DNA of 64,000 bases from Octopus vulgaris (taxonomy: Eukaryota). Below the pieces are notes generated by a model. It had not been told where the DNA came from. It ran no database searches and was given only the letters and a program-made list of their open reading frames with translations. The translations under genes and the position numbers were made by a program. Positions 37,780-51,362 of this stretch are shown one piece after another; the first letter of the stretch is position 1, and each line of letters opens with the position of its first letter. The DNA lies in contig OX597815.1 of assembly GCA_951406725.2 (NCBI GenBank), positions 160,146,001-160,210,000 on the forward strand, in the 5' to 3' direction.

Positions 37780-39740
37780 ATACTCACTCTTATACTGATG
37801 ATACCATCCTCTGCTTTTAACTTTCCACAGAGGTTTCATCCTTGTTATCATCTACCCTTGTCTAGCTCTACAATATCCGCCACCCCCCCCTCTCTCTCTA
37901 GCGATCTGTTCTAATCTTGTTTTTGTTTTGGAGCATGCAACAATATGTCCCATTCTTATAAAGGGCAACCTAAGTGACTTCACCATCTGTTAATCGAGTG
38001 TTCTCACTTCCAACATCTGATGGACAATGGAAACTTTTGTGAACAACCATCTTCTCCAACACTTTCAATTTCACTTTTGCCCCTCAATAACTATCAGTAT
38101 AGTTTCCACAAAACCAGATCACTGAATCTACCATCAGCAAAGTTTTTGATAGTGTCTACCATACAAATTTCAGAGTTCAGCTGCCTGCCTATTGTCTCCA
38201 TCCATCTCACATAGCTTGGATTAGAAGATTCCTGGCAGATCACACCATCACAGCCTCCAAGGATGAAGCTCTTTCTGGCCAACATATCAAATCTTGTGTG
38301 AACCAAGGTTTGATTGTGTTCTACACATTCAACACTCTTCTAGTATATCAATAATTTACTTACCATCCCATCCAAAGGTTCCCATTCCTATGCAAATGAC
38401 TTCACTCTGCATGTCTCTTTAACCTTCTATGCAGAGGCATCACCCCATATGCAGCCTCATCATACTACATGGAACACATACTATTTCCATGAGCAGTGGC
38501 CACAACAATGTCCTCCAATAGGAACATAGCAATTTTGTCTCCTTCAAAAGCACAAAAACATCTTCACTGAACATATTTTAGCTGTATAGTGTAAAGTTTC
38601 TCTTGATTTACTATGTAATCTTGCATACCATTATATGACGTGTTGTATGTTAACTCATGGAAATAATACAAAAAACAAACTAAAAAATAACAGTGAGACT
38701 TTATTCCTTTGCTAAATTATACAGTGAACCAAATAAACACATTACGGATTCTGGTGGTTGCATAGTTCGTCCATCATTTGGATAATTCAGCTCTGGTTGT
38801 CCTTTGATACAAGTGCTTCATTATAGCACCAGGAAAATAAGGCTTGTCTTCCTGGAAATTCACATGTCCCTCTGTCAATAGAGGTTTTGTTAACTCAATA
38901 TATTAGTGGACATAGGCTCTAGTGAAGGTTTAGGTTAGTTGTTTTAGAATGTATTACGCACAACATGATTGGATCCGAGATCCATATCCTGTGCAATGCT
39001 TGACCAATCAAAATACAAGACTCAACCAAATGTTCGAAGCTCACATAATAGGTAAAACGACCAGTCATTAAAGATTAACGTGTGGAGCCTATAAAAGGCT
39101 AGTCGACTTCGATATGCCATAATAAAAATTGGTCTCACTACAATATTACAGAAACCAACACAGATAACATGCAATTAGAACCTTTAAAGTCATGGCAAGT
39201 TAGAATTTATCCAAGTAATCTTGCATTCATTTTGAGAGTAAAATCTCTGCACAAAAATATCGATATCCTCTTCAAGGCCAAAAAATAATTCAGATCTAAA
39301 CAATTGCTGACTTTTTTAAAATGCTCAAGTGTGACACACAGTGGAATATTGTTCACACAGCTTGAACAATGTTATTGCTATACTGACTGGCATCCAAAGG
39401 AAAGCCATTGATTGGCATTGAACCACTTACCAGTACACTTTAATCTCTAGCTCACTACTGCACTGTCTCCTCACTCTGTCTTTTCCATCACTATCTCAAT
39501 GAATTTTGCTCCTCAGAGATAGCTGTTTTCATACCACTTCTATACAAGTGAATTTGGTACACTTGTATATCCTCTTGTTAAGAATATTGTGTCACTCCTT
39601 GAAGATTTTGCACTGACCACTATAGTAAATTCTTCATCCTCAATGTTTTAGCTCTATGTAATTTTCTTCCAATCCAGTCTTTTCCTGCAGTCACTGACTT
39701 AACAACTGCTGAAGGTGAATGTCTGTCACATCAATCACAC
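37780..39740 (+). mobile_element. Heavily decayed CR1/Jockey-group LINE RT relic, with unrelated sequence at about 38590-39220
   Basis: Remnants resemble QYGFR..RST (38095-38125), LYINDL…HSYADDSTL (38335-38410) and KAQVR..MEYCSH (39320-39360). Confidence 0.55.
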
Positions 39741-42074
39741 AAGTCTTGGAGGGCTTGTGAAGATCACAGACATAACCAGCTTCCTCCTCGCCAAACCATC
39801 AAAAAAATAATATTATCAAAGTTCTTCAAAGCTGATCGTATCAACTGATTGATGTCTTCTGTAACAACAAGTCTCCTCAACTGTGAAACACTGTCAAGAT
39901 CTCATTTCAAATGTCTCTCCATCTTTTGAACAGTTCCTTTGATGTTCTTTGTGCTTCAATGACAAGGAATAACTTACACGCACATTTTCCAGAGCCTGAA
40001 CTCTCCCATATTCTTCTCCAACTTCACTTTCTATTTCCTGCTGTTTTATCTCCTCTTGCAACACATCAAAATATTTCAACAACTCACCCATGAGTAGTGA
40101 TCTTATTGCCCTCTTGTCTGAGAGGATGATTCCCTTTTATCATTACAAGCTTAATCTTGGTGCCAAACTATTTGCTGAAATTTATCACAGACTGTTATGG
40201 AAGAATCTTGTCTCTTCTACCTTCTAAAATAACATTTAAGATCATCTTTGAAAATTACATGGTTGATTCCTTCATTACTTTTGGTTTGATGGTACCATGT
40301 TTTGCATTTTCATAATAATAATAATGCTTTGAATTAAGACACAAGGCCAGCAATTTTGAGAGATGGGTCTTAGTCATTATCAGCAATGCTAGTACTTGAC
40401 TGATACTTTATCTTAGTAACTTAGAAAGGATGACCAACCAAGATGACTTCAGCAGGATTTGAACTCACAACATAAAAGCATTGTTTCCTGATACTCTAAT
40501 GAATCTGCCAGTCTACTATCCTTGATAACAACAACAACAGCAGCAATAATAAACATCCTCTCAACAATTAGAGAATATCTGAAATAAAGTCAACTGCTCT
40601 CACGCTAAAGGAAAGAAGATTCAAGGAGAAAGCAGATACATGTGTGATGTCTGCAAGATAACTTTTGTGTTTAACTCCTTGTTTTAAAAATTATCATTCT
40701 AAATAAACTATCTCATTTTTAAAAAATTTTCATTTAATTTAAAAGCAATACATCATATAAAAAAATCGAAGATAGTCAAGTTATATGTATTTTTCCAATG
40801 TCCGAGTTAACTTGTTTAAATCCAAATGAGTAAAAGTACATTTTAATTTCTATAATAAAAGATAAAGGAAACAAGATAAAAAAAACTTTTTTTGTAATTA
40901 ACACAGTGTATATAATTAAAAAAGGAAATTTATAAAATATGCTCTGAAATGAAATGCCATGTCAAAATAATTGATCTATTTAGGGGTTAACTGCTGTAGA
41001 TACAGAATGCAAAAACAATCTAACTGAAATTTTCGTTAAATTATAACCATAGAAATTTCAAAATCTACAATTATCTGTCAGTATATACTTTTTCTTACTA
41101 CAGAAACATACAAAGAGCGGCTCTTTTTGATCACCAAAGAAATTTGAAACACCCCAGGTTGCATTTCTGTCATCACAAAATTCAGAGCACTTCAGAACTG
41201 AAAACAAAAGACAAACAGTTGAAATCTCAAGCTTTCAAATAACAAAGCCGTAAAGTACAGCCAAAACTTTTACAATCTTAGAAAACTGTTAAACACCTTT
41301 CCTTCCTTCCTGTCCCTTGACTACATGGTCATTGAGGCATTCATTGGTGATGTCACAACTAAATTTCACCACTTTCCTCAGTCTTTTGCTGCCCTCTGTG
41401 AGTCAAGGAAACTGAGGCTGGTCTACCCATTGATGTTAACTCAGGTAACAACTGACCTGGTATGGGTCATGGCCTGGTCATCATCATCATCATGACTATA
41501 CCATGGACAAATTAGCTCGGTGGTGCCCATTCGTCCCCAAGCTGTTAGCCACAATCATATGCCTCTACCTGAAACACACTTCAGCCCCAAACACAAGACT
41601 GTTGACCTGAGAAAGTTCCTCTTCCTTAGCCAGTAACTCCTTGAGAAGCCATACCTGAAGCCTTTCACCGACTGGTGCAGTGTTAATACCATCATCTCAC
41701 TTGGATTAGTCCACCAGCTGAAGTGGGATATCAGGGTGTGGTACTAGGAGCCATCAAATGAGATGGTTCTTGGTGAATTTGTCTACAACAATTTATCTAC
41801 AGATAAAACTACATAGAGATACAGAGAGAGCTGTTAGCATTAAACGTGCACTTATAAACTTCTTTTTCTTAATGACCTAACTACCACTGCATGACAGTTT
41901 GTTTTTCCTAAAGAGAATAATATGTATTAATAACAGCACCTTTCAATTTAAAGATTCTCAGCATTTTTTTGGAGGCTTTGTTGTAATTCCAAGGAAAAAC
42001 TGATTAAAATTTCAGTACTCTGAAGCCCATACAATGGTTCTTTGATATATAGAAACAGAAACGACAAAAAAATT

Positions 42075-43400
42075 TAGTTTATGGTGGTTAATTATTCTAT
42101 AAAAATAGAGAGAATGGAGTGAAGACTTACTGGAAGTGTGATAAATAACACAAATATAAGTGTTGTGCTCATGTAACTACATTAGAGGAAGAAATAACTA
42201 GTCTTGTAAATGAACACAATTATACAATAGATGCTGTGAAAGTTGAAGCTACGGAAATTGCTATAAAAATACAGCAGATGGTGAGAACTACTAATGATAT
42301 CCCACAATCAATAATATCTAGTGCCTTCGAAGGTTATAGTGAGGCTGCTATGCCTGGACTCCCATTGACACAAAGTCTTAAAAAGATAGTATGTTTTATA
42401 ATGCAGTTACAGCCTTACCAATGACTTTCAATTAATTAATTTTTCTGGGCAAATATACGAAATCCCTAAAAGGTGATACATTCTTAATAAATGATTCAGG
42501 TCAAAGTGATAAACGCATGCCAATTTTTACTAGTAAATGTAACCTTCATTTACTTTCACAAAGTAATCAATGGTTTGTTGATGGTACATTCAAGACAGTT
42601 CCATTGTTGTTTCACCAGCTGTATACTTTGCATGGTTTAAGAAAAAAAGCTGCAGTGCCGTTGGTGTTTGCGTTACTACCCGATAAATGTGAGGAAACCT
42701 ATAGTCAGCTTTTACAGAAAATAAAAAATTTTGAGTCATCCTGTGCATCTTCAACTGTAACGATAGACTTTGAAAAGGCTATGGAGGATGCATTCCTTAA
42801 GGAATTTCCAAATGTAAAACTCAAGGGGTGTTTTTTACTTTTGTCAAAGTGTATTCTGTTCAGTTCAAAGAAATGGTCTCCAGAGATTATACAAAGCAAA
42901 TTCTGAATTTGCTTTGGGGCTTCAGATGTTGTCAGCCATAGCATTTGTTCCAGCTGAAAAAGTGACTGTGACATTTGAGACATAATGCAATAATATTTTT
43001 CTTGATAACACTCAAGATGTAATAGATTATGTTAGGGACACATAGATCAGCCACCTTGGATGGAGAAATTTGTGAAGGCCTCCTATTTTTGCTTATGAAA
43101 TATGGAATGTTTATGATGAGGCTTTACAAAATTTACCAAAAGTAAATAATGCAGTAGAACGATGGCACAAGGCTTTCCAGGTCCGAGTTGCTGCTCACTA
43201 GCCAAACATATGGAAATTCATTGATTGTTATAAGAAGGAGAAAAATTTTAATGAGGCTCAAACAGAACAATATCTCTCTGGGAGGGATCCTGAAACTATA
43301 AAAAGTGCTACTGTGATACTGCTAAATGTATAAAAAGATGAGTAGGAAAATTTCAGCAGTACAAATATTTGTGATTATATTCATAGAATAGCACATAACC
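42075..43400 (+). pseudogene. Decayed MULE (Mutator-like) transposase with FLYWCH-type N-terminus
   Basis: YWKCDK…C…EHN, WFVDGTFKTVP..FHQLYTLHG, PLVFALLPDK.EETY, IDFEKA…KGCF, NNAVERWHK, PNIWKFID. Frameshifted. Confidence 0.88.
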
Positions 43401-44779
43401 TTTCTTGTTGTAGATGAATCATTGTTGATAAATTTACTGGATACCAAGTGAGATATTCGGAGTCGAATGAGAATAGTGATCCATGTCCACCTGACCATTC
43501 CTTGCAAAAGGCAGCTACGAGCATCCAAAGGTCCTACTTCTGTTCATAGCTCCTTACGCCCCTTTAAGAACACTTAAACCAAAGAAATTTTTCTTGATTT
43601 TCTGTAAAACTGGATCATTTGCAATAGGTGAAATAAACATAAGGGATGATTTTGCTCTATGCAGAATAAGGCAGGAACTACTAAGAGTTTTTGCAAGATC
43701 TTATAAATTCATCTTAATGATGGGAACTCTTTCAGATCATCAGCAGGTATCTCAGGTTCACGGGCATTTTGCTCCTTAGCTTGTATGCTTCACCTGAGTG
43801 GACAAAGGATTCTGAACTTGGTTTGCAGAAGGGTTTCCCTTGCTGTCTCTAATTAAACATTGTCACCTTAAGCTGGTTCATTTGCTGTGCCTACCTGCTT
43901 GGTTGATGTCTTCTGCAGGAAATAGCACACCCTTGAAATAGCACACCCTATATACAGTAATGACATGTTATTTACTTATCTATTTGTTTATGAAGATGAA
44001 TCAAAACAACAACAAACAAGTTAGCCAGTTTTTCACCATGGCTCACTTTTACTATCAAATATATCTACCATCACTTCCATTCATTAGAAATAATAAATAT
44101 CAATGGCTCCTACTACTTCAAGCATATCTTATTTCTATATTGACTTTCCTGACCAGTTTGACTGATACTATTTATTTCATAGACCAACCAAAATATTTTA
44201 AAATTTAATCATTCTTTATATTCTATTATCAAACAGAAAAGCTCTTTCTTCAGTGGTGGTACACAAAGCTGAATCATGTGCCATATTGCTAGAATACTAT
44301 GAAATATTATCATTTAATAAAAAATAATAAAGTAATCTGAAATAAGGGATAAAATAGGACATGCTTTCCTGCCTTCTAGGAACCCGATGTGTTTGGATCA
44401 CTTTAAAAGTATCCTCTTGGTAATAAAGGCCATACACGAGTATAAAGGAAATGCTTACTAAAGAAAATGCATACTAGCTTGATTGTTTCTGGGTAAGAAA
44501 AGAGCAGTGTCTATCAGTCAAACCAATTTGGGATCAAAAGCTTGCTCACTTCCCAAAACATAGGCATGAAGGGCTTCCCATAACAGAAAACTTTCTAACA
44601 TTAGCCCTTCATGTGTACCTTCTTCATCTGATGAAGTTAAAATGACAAAAGTGGACTACAAAAAGAATGCAAGAATACACAAGTGCTCTATTATACTGCA
44701 TTGTATTTTCCATAGGGTAGATCTAAAGCAGAACATTTTTAAACTAGAGGAAGAGTTACACTACAAATAGATCATACTA

Positions 44780-45196
44780 GGCTTAGGAGTGGCTGTGTGG
44801 TAAGTAACTTGCTTGCCAACCACATGGTTCTTGGTTCAGTCCCACTGCATGGCACCCTGGGCAAGTGTCTTCAAATATAGCCTTGGACTGACCAAAGCCT
44901 TGTGAATGGATTTAGTAGATGGAAACTGAAAGAAGCCCATTGTATATACGTATATATATATATTTATATATATATATATATGTATGTGTGTGTATATGTT
45001 TGTGTGTCTGTGTTTGTCCCCCCGACTGTTGCTGGTGTGTTTATGTCCCCATAACTTAGCAGTTCAGCAAAAGAGACCAATAGAATAACTACTAGGCTTT
45101 CAAAGAACAAGTCCTGGGGTCGATTTGCTCGACCAAAGGCAGTGCTCCAGCATGGCCTCAGTCGAATGACTGAAACAAGTAAAAGAGTAAAAGTAA
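44780..45196 (+). mobile_element. SINE A, full length
   Basis: Family consensus. Confidence 0.85.
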
Positions 45197-45589
45197 GTAA
45201 GTATATATAGACAGTAATAGTTAAGTTAATGTTTACAGGAACATCATAAACAAAAGCAAGCTGTTGACAGACTTGTATATTCAACAGACTCTACAGGTTC
45301 AGATTAATATTCATACAAACAAACATGCAAACAATAATGCAAAACGTTTTTCTTCTGTAGAAGTGGAACCTGGTATGAGACCTATCCTAACCAAGTTATT
45401 TGATGTAAATAAAATTGAGATTGATTACAGTGCAAGGGGAAACACAATTTCAGTATTTTCCCTGGATCACACGCCATCAGTTTTGAACAACCATATGAGA
45501 ATAACTAATGGGAATATATGCCTGCCAAAGTAATAGAAAATACATATATTAATTATTGAAACTGATCAAGCTGCTCTAGTTAATAAACC

Positions 45590-45920
45590 AGAAGGAGCAC
45601 TCCATCAGTTATAACAACGAGGGTCCCAGCTGATATGATCAATGGAACAGCTTGCTCGTGAAATTAATGTGCAAGTGGCTGAGCACACCACAAACACGTG
45701 TACCCTTAACACGTAGTTCTCGGGGAGATTCAGCATGACACAGAATGTGAAAAGGCCAGCCCTTTGAAATACAGGTACAACTCATTTTTGCCAGCTGAGT
45801 GGATCAGAGCAATGTGAAATAAAGTGTCTTGCTCAAGGACACAACGCATCACCGGGAATTGAATTCACGACCTTACAATCGTGAGCCGAATGCCCTAACC
45901 ACTAAACCATGCACCTTCAG
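45590..45920 (-). mobile_element. SINE with a C-type head and a different tail
   Basis: TGTCTTGCTCAAGGACACAAC…CTAACCACTAAACCATGCACCTTCA matches the SINE C head. Confidence 0.7.
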
Positions 45921-47749
45921 CTGAATAAGCCAGATATTATGGTAAAAAATCACATTAACTAAACATTTTCTGTTCATAGATATGTCAATCTTTGCAGACT
46001 GCAGCATCTCAGTGAAAGTATTTGTATGTTAAGTAAATACAAGAATCTTGAAACAGAAGTCTTAAAAATGTAGCATCTAAGAAAAACAACTGTATTTGTG
46101 ATCTTCAGAGCTTTGGGGATAATACCAAATAGTACTCTAAGACTATGGTCAAATATCAGCAAACCTCAAAGGATCAGAACTACAAAGAATTGTTCTTGTT
46201 GGTACAGCTCACATCATACGAAATACACCATTGACCAGAGAGTATTTGAATCTTTTGAAATTACAAATTTTACAACAAAGTTTTAATGAAATCCTAATTC
46301 TCAGTATTTGATTTCTTCCTTGAAATATATCATTGTTATTCATAAGTAACACCTTCAGTTAAGCGTCTAACTTGCTGATTCTTAAGGTCAGTGAGCATAA
46401 CTTGTAACAGCTCATATAAAGCTAAACTCCAACAACAAACACATAATAATCTTTTAGTAATAATGGCATATCCTCCTCATGGATGATATCAAGTTATACA
46501 TCAGGTTTAAATTAAAAAAAAAAAATTTTCTCAACTCTAACTCTTTAGCATTCACATAATTCTGTCAGAAGTAAAGGTTTTTTTATTCACAAATGTGCCA
46601 GGATCACGTTAAAGAAACAAGCTAACCAAATTGATAAACACTGACAATACATTTAGATACAAATGGAGTCTGGGGATCAATAAAGGTGAACAGGTTCATA
46701 AGGAACAAATACATTGAAGGCTGATTCTAAAAAGGGGGCTCAAACTAAAATATAAGATGAAGACAATTAATACTCTTGCACTAAAGAGAGTAAGCTACAA
46801 CTTCAATGCAATAAATTTTTTATTTATGTGCCCTTTTCAAACGTAGCCAGGCTCATGGATCCAGTTTTCCCGGTTTCTGTGGTGTATGTGTTCCCTCCAG
46901 CCTGATGGGATGCTAGTCCATCACAGTGTTACTCAAGAAACAGGAAGAAAGAGTGAGAGAAAGAGTACAACAGCGATCACCACCACCCCGTGCCGGAGCC
47001 TTGTGGAAATTTAGATGTTTTCGCTCAATAAACACACACAACACTCAGTCTGGGAATCAAAACCGCAATCCTCCGACCATGAGTCCACTGTCCTAACCAC
47101 TGGGTCATTGTGCCTCTACAGTGTGATAAAAAGACAAAAGAAAACTATTAATAAACTTGAGACTATGTAATCTAAAAGCTGACACATATGGCATGCATGT
47201 CCCTAATTTGAATCAGTGTAGGTGGACTAGACACTTAACTCTATAAAGAGCAAGATTCTTTACTACAAAATGTTGTTAACCCTTTAGCGTTCAGATTACT
47301 CAGTCAAATTCAATGCTTATTTACTCATGTTGTTCTGAATTAATTATGCATTATCTTGTAGCTTCAAGATTTAAATGATGTGATTATTTATTTTTAGAAT
47401 AACATTGTAGGATAGGTGAGAGTGCCTGAATCCAGCCAGTTTGAACATAAAACAGATAGAATATTTTGGCCAGATATAGTTGGTTACAATACTGAAGGAT
47501 TGGTATTTGACAAAAACATGGAAGGATGAAATTAATATACAAAGAAGAACAGAAATCTACATTTCACCCATAATGTAACAAGGCCAAAAATATACTTTGC
47601 ACTAAATATGCATAAACTGCATTCAAGCATAGAGAATGGACATTAAGAAATAATGATGATAATGACAATGATGATGCAGAAAAGATAAATACATGTAAAG
47701 GAAAACTAAAGAATTTAAAAAGTAGAAATCAAGAAAGTAACCATAACAT

Positions 47750-48358
47750 AGGCACTGGCATAGCTGTGTGGTAACAAGCACGCTGGGCGAAATGCTTAGC
47801 GGCATTTCGTCTACCATTACATTCTGAGTTCAAATTCTGCTGAGGTCGACTTTACCCTTCATCCTTTCGGGGTTGATAAATTAAGTACCAGTTACGCACT
47901 GGGGTCAATGTAATCGACTTAATCCATTTGCCTGTCCTTGTTTGTCCCCTCTATGTTTAGCCCCTTGTGAGCAATAAAGAAATAAGAAGCTTGCTTCTCA
48001 ACCGCATGGTTCTGGATTCAGTCCCACTGTATGACACCTTGGGCAAGTGTCTTCTACTATGGCTGACCAAAGCCTTCTCAGTCAATTTGGTAGAAGAAAC
48101 TGAAAGAAGCTCATCATATCTATACATATATCTTTGTGTGTATGTGTTCATGTCTGTGTTTGTCCCACCACCACTGCCACTTGACAACTGGTTTTTGTGT
48201 CCCCATAACTAAGTAGTTCAGCAAAAAAAGGCTGATGGAATAAGTAAGAGGCTTAACAAAGGTATAAATACTGGGTTTGATTCATTTGACTAAAACAAAT
48301 TTTTCAAGGCAGTGCCCCAGCATGGTCGCAGTTTAATGATTGAAACAAGTAAAAGATA
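47750..48358 (+). mobile_element. SINE A with SINE B (47773-47985) nested in its head
   Basis: GCTGTGTGGTAA | SINE B …GAAATAAG | AAGCTTGCTTCT. Confidence 0.82.
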
Positions 48359-49644
48359 GCATAAAAATTAAACTTTCTATAAATGATTACTAAACCAGAA
48401 ATCAACAAAGAACAGAACCACACCAAAGTACAAAATTGACAGAAAGAGGAGAAACAGAAGGGCAGAAGGCTTAGTAACTGAAGCTCTGGACCAGGATCTT
48501 GTGGCTTGACTTTATCAGTGGTAAATTCTGGAGCAGAATATCAAACTAGAATACTACAGAGGTGGCCAGTTTGATGAAACCTTGGTTACATATAAGCTGA
48601 ATACATTGTAGTGAATGCACAAATGTCTTCTTTACTTTTTTCTTATTGTCTTCCCTATGTTAAAAATGAAAGACTGCATTTGTAATGCAAATACACACTC
48701 ATATGTTTAATTTTGAGTCTTGTTTAATCAAATTCCATCAGTGACACTCCCATTTGGGAGTAGCATTACATTATTCAATTTGTTAATGAAATATTGGTGA
48801 AAGTTACTATCTACAAATGCTAAAAAAGAAATGTGCTGCTTTCTTTTGAATTAAAATCGCTTGATGTTAGTATATTGTGATACAAAGTTGAACCATCTCT
48901 GTCCTTGAGTGAATATTCCTCTACAAAAGCCAAGATTGAACAAGTAATGGGCTATCCCAGACAATCATTCTCGGTGCAGTGTGTCACAAGAACTTTTCTA
49001 TAGACAGCTTTTACATGCTGTTACGTATTGAGAGAAACACATTCAACATTACAGTATGGAACTTTATGTAGAACCAATTTTTCTTGCCAGATGATTTTTA
49101 TACATTTTATGTTTTTGTACTGCAACTCAGTATACACATACGAATTTTTTCGTTCTACAAATATGTAGCATTCACAAAAACTTTGTATATTTACAATACA
49201 TATCTTTCTTAGTATATTCTGTTCACACCTTTTAAACAATTTTTCTGTTTCCATATTTTGTATTACATGTAACACATACCATTTTTATACAATACATGAA
49301 TTGTCATCTATGTTGCTTGGAATTGCAGGCGTTATGTTATTTTGAGCTTCTGTTGAAATGCTGATCTCTAAATGTGGAGGAAATCTGTGGAAGAGGTAGA
49401 CCCAGAAAGACTGTCTAACCTATGTCATCATCACCATCATCATAGATGATGATGATGTTATATATTACTATCAGGAATAATAATCCTACCAAACAGACAG
49501 ACAGACTGGCATGTCTACAAATCACAAAATATAGAAATAAACAGTTGTAACTATGCACATGTAACAAATGTGCTTGTTGTTTTCTCTCTGGAACCACATG
49601 ATGCTTTAGCTCTGTGTGCTAACAATCCCACCAGTTCACTGCCC

Positions 49645-49692
<48 letters not shown>

Positions 49693-50745
49693 TAAATACC
49701 TTGATGCAGTACCAGGTATTGGCTCTCATGGCTTCTGATCTTAACTGATTGGAGGTGTTATCATGTACATTGTTTTGTCTTGGTATAAAAGATGGGCTAC
49801 AGCAAATATTCTGCTCAATACCACAGATTTGCTTGTCAGTTGTTTGACCTTAACCAGTTGAGCATGTCCCTTGGTGGCTGATGTTATGCACATCGAAGAC
49901 TTGCCTAGAGTGTTGGTTTTCAAGTGGAGTTCATATGGCCCTTGTGGGTCCATCTAAGATTTTGTTGTTAAAATTTACTTCTGGATACATGGGTTATTTT
50001 CTTCAATACATAAAATATATTAACAATTTTTTTTATAGGATGGGCTACTCAACCTGAAGATTTAACTCTAACTGGGTCCCGAGCTTCAAGGTCATACACA
50101 TAACATGCTTGAGAAATGCTTATAAGATCACTTTGTTTGTCTTTATATTCTGAGTTCAAATTCCACTGAGGTCAACTTTGTCAGACAGGTAGTTATGATG
50201 GATATATTGGGCTTTGTATATTTTACCTTGGTGTCACTTTGATGGCATGCACTGCTCTCTCACTCAATAATAAAAATAATAATGATTTCAAATTTTTCCA
50301 CAAGGGCAGCTTGCAGGGAGGTGAAGATGAGTCAATTTCATCGACCTCAGTTCTCAACTGGTACTTATTTTATCAACCCTGAAAAGATGAAAAGCAAAGT
50401 CAACCTCAGTTGAATTTGAACTCAGAATGTAGCAACAAACAAAATACCGTTAAGCACCTAATCTATTCAACTTTAGAATTACAGAGATTCTGCCAGTTCA
50501 CCACCTTAATAATAATTGCAATAATAATCTTTTCTACTGAAGGTACAAGGCCTGAAATTTGGAGTGCTGGGAGTAGTTAATGACATTGACTCCAATGCTC
50601 AACTGGTACTCATTTTATTGACCCCTAAAGGATGAAAGGCAAAGTTGACCCTGGCAGAATTTAAACTCAAAACATAAAGACAGACAAAATGCTTAATGGC
50701 ATTTTGTCTGGTGTGCTAGTGATTCTGCTTGCTCACTGCCTATGT

Positions 50746-50827
50746 AATAATAATAATAATAATATTAATAATAATAATAATGATAATAATAATAATAATG
50801 ATAATAATGATAATAATAATAATAATG

Positions 50828-50859
<32 letters not shown>

Positions 50860-50869
50860 CATAATAATA
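50746..50869. repeat. (TAA)n microsatellite
   Basis: Directly visible; further tracts at 49645-49693, 51289-51360, 53333-53379 and 53598-53686. Confidence 0.95.
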
Positions 50870-51067
50870 AGTGGGTTAATGATATTGGTATGCAATATCC
50901 TTAGAAGTTCTAAAATTGGGTTTCTTCTTAGGAACAAAAAAGACCATCAGAAGGGTTTTGAACACTTGATGGCTTAGTGAAATCATGTAGATGGCAAAGG
51001 CTAAAAGGAGAAACATGCTACCCACATAAATTCTACCAGAAATAAGACTAATCCCGAGTCAGGATGG
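50868..51067 (+). mobile_element. 3' end of a third Dong/R4-type family, after (TAA)n
   Basis: KWVNDIGMQYP/LEVLKLGFFLGTKKTIRRVLNT*. The UTR TACCCACATAAA…CCAGAAATAAGACT…GAGTCA is shared with 63603-63650 (minus). Confidence 0.65.
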
Positions 51068-51362
51068 CAGTGGTGATTTCAGATTTTGGCAGAAGGCCAG
51101 CAATTTTATGGGAGGAGGTAAATTGATTACATCAATCAAACTGCTCAACTGGTACCTATGTTATTGATCCCAAAAGAGTGAAAGGCGAAGTTGACCTCAA
51201 TGGAAATTGAACTCAGAATGTAACGATGGGTGAAATACTGTTAAGCATTTTGCCTGGACCAGCACAGAAGCCAGATACCTGCTCTGGCAATAATGATAAT
51301 AATAATAATAATAATAATAATAATTATAATAATAATGATAAAAATAATGATTTTGATGATGA

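Noticed and set aside
39894-40091. Glu-rich 65-aa ORF
   Set aside because: No motif recognised; probably a decayed TE fragment that I cannot assign.
44565-44613. SECIS-like AUGA hairpin
   Set aside because: The 3' arm pairs Watson-Crick (UCAU) instead of giving the GA quartet, and there is no UGA-containing ORF upstream.
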